A stretch of 64,000 bases of DNA from Paraspadella gotoi (taxonomy: Eukaryota > Animalia > Chaetognatha), in contig CM119265.1 in the NCBI GenBank assembly GCA_051294375.1, forward strand, positions 17,263,172-17,327,171, in the 5' to 3' direction. A program made the position numbers and the translations under genes. How positions within the stretch are numbered: position 1 is the stretch's first letter; each line of letters begins with the position of its first letter. Of this stretch, positions 63,250 to 64,000 are shown piece by piece. Below the pieces are notes generated by a model. It saw only the letters and a program-made list of their open reading frames with translations, was not told where the DNA came from and made no database searches.

Positions 63250-64000
63250 TCATTCCTCGTAAACAAAGTCAAATCTGGCAACAGCATCTTTTTCGGCGTT
63301 AAAAGTAGTTTTTTGCTTGAAACCGGCTCTGTCGGCCATAGAAATGATTTTCCCCGCATACTGATCGTGATTTTCTTTTCTCAAATCCAAAACAAACTTG
63401 CTAGATTCGACGACGAGTTCCGCTTTCTCAGCAAACAAGCATTTGAGTTCCGGCTCCAGAAGGTGGACAAGAGAATTTGAAAAAAAAGCGAAGTTAAAAC
63501 TGCGCTGGAACTCATGTTTTTTTGCAATATCTCTCGTGCTGGCGAGCGGCAGAAAAATGACTTTAAAATCCCCAACATCGATGGCACTATGCTGGGAAGA
63601 CTCTGCCATGGAAAGGCCCGTTTGAATACTCTCTTGGACGATTTCATCTAAAGTTGGTTCTTCGGTGATTTCCGTAATTTTCGGCCCGTCTCCGTCCCCT
63701 TTTTCCTCCTTGACCGTTTTATTTTCGTATCTGGTTCGGTGAGCGATTTCGTAGAACATGGTCGTTACTGCATGACTGGAAATGGTGACAGCGGTAGAAA
63801 CATGTACCCCGTTCCGGGTTTTTAGCAACTCTGGATCTTCGGCTTCGATCCCGTAGGCGATGTAAGGAGACGTGACGATATCCCCAAAGTACCCGCGTTT
63901 CGCCATTTTTTCGCCCTTTACGCGAACTAAAGCGCCGGAAGAAAGCGTGCGGTTGGGAAATTCATAGCAACCGTCACGGCTCTCGAAGGCGATGCCCTTT
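63250..64000 (-). CDS. DNAAF3: Dynein axonemal assembly factor 3 (PF22), 3' part; continues beyond window
   Basis: AFESRDGCYEFPNRTLSSG..RGYFGDIVTSPYIAYGIE..KVIFLPL..FFSNSLVHLL..LVVESSKFVLDLRKE. Confidence 0.85.
   Translation of the reverse strand, partial: KGIAFESRDGCYEFPNRTLSSGALVRVKGEKMAKRGYFGDIVTSPYIAYGIEAEDPELLKTRNGVHVSTAVTISSHAVTTMFYEIAHRTRYENKTVKEEKGDGDGPKITEITEEPTLDEIVQESIQTGLSMAESSQHSAIDVGDFKVIFLPLASTRDIAKKHEFQRSFNFAFFSNSLVHLLEPELKCLFAEKAELVVESSKFVLDLRKENHDQYAGKIISMADRAGFKQKTTFNAEKDAVARFDFVYEE

Overview
Compact, AT-rich animal (invertebrate-type) genomic DNA with many short introns. Plus-strand genes: 3' part of UBE3A, DNAJC24/DPH4, SUCLA2, a ~13.6 kb Dicer-1 gene (hosting an antisense, intronless, secreted discoidin-like ORF in one intron), an intronless ELOVL elongase, two ionotropic-glutamate-receptor/IR-like genes with no visible amino-terminal domain, an SRCR+EGF membrane protein, and a ubiquitin-like-domain protein with Cys-Gly-Pro repeats. 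Minus-strand genes: a coiled-coil protein and a tightly packed trio of cilia-related genes, DNAAF3-NEK4-DNAAF5. The main unexplained signal is a family of small GC-rich dispersed elements (16.1, 17.5, 40.7-41.4, 53.5 and 59.8 kb, plus an unrelated one at 57.2 kb). By eye they fold into twister self-cleaving ribozymes, mostly the circularly permuted P5 type with a minimal P1, and their stems and pseudoknot covary between subfamilies. One is a 474-bp-unit partial tandem with two twisters (retrozyme/circRNA-like), and one lies in sense orientation just after the NEK4 stop. MITE/foldback elements, Helentron/DINE-like repeats, tRNA-Leu-derived fragments and a minisatellite are also present. All structures and exon joins were assigned manually; no searches were run.
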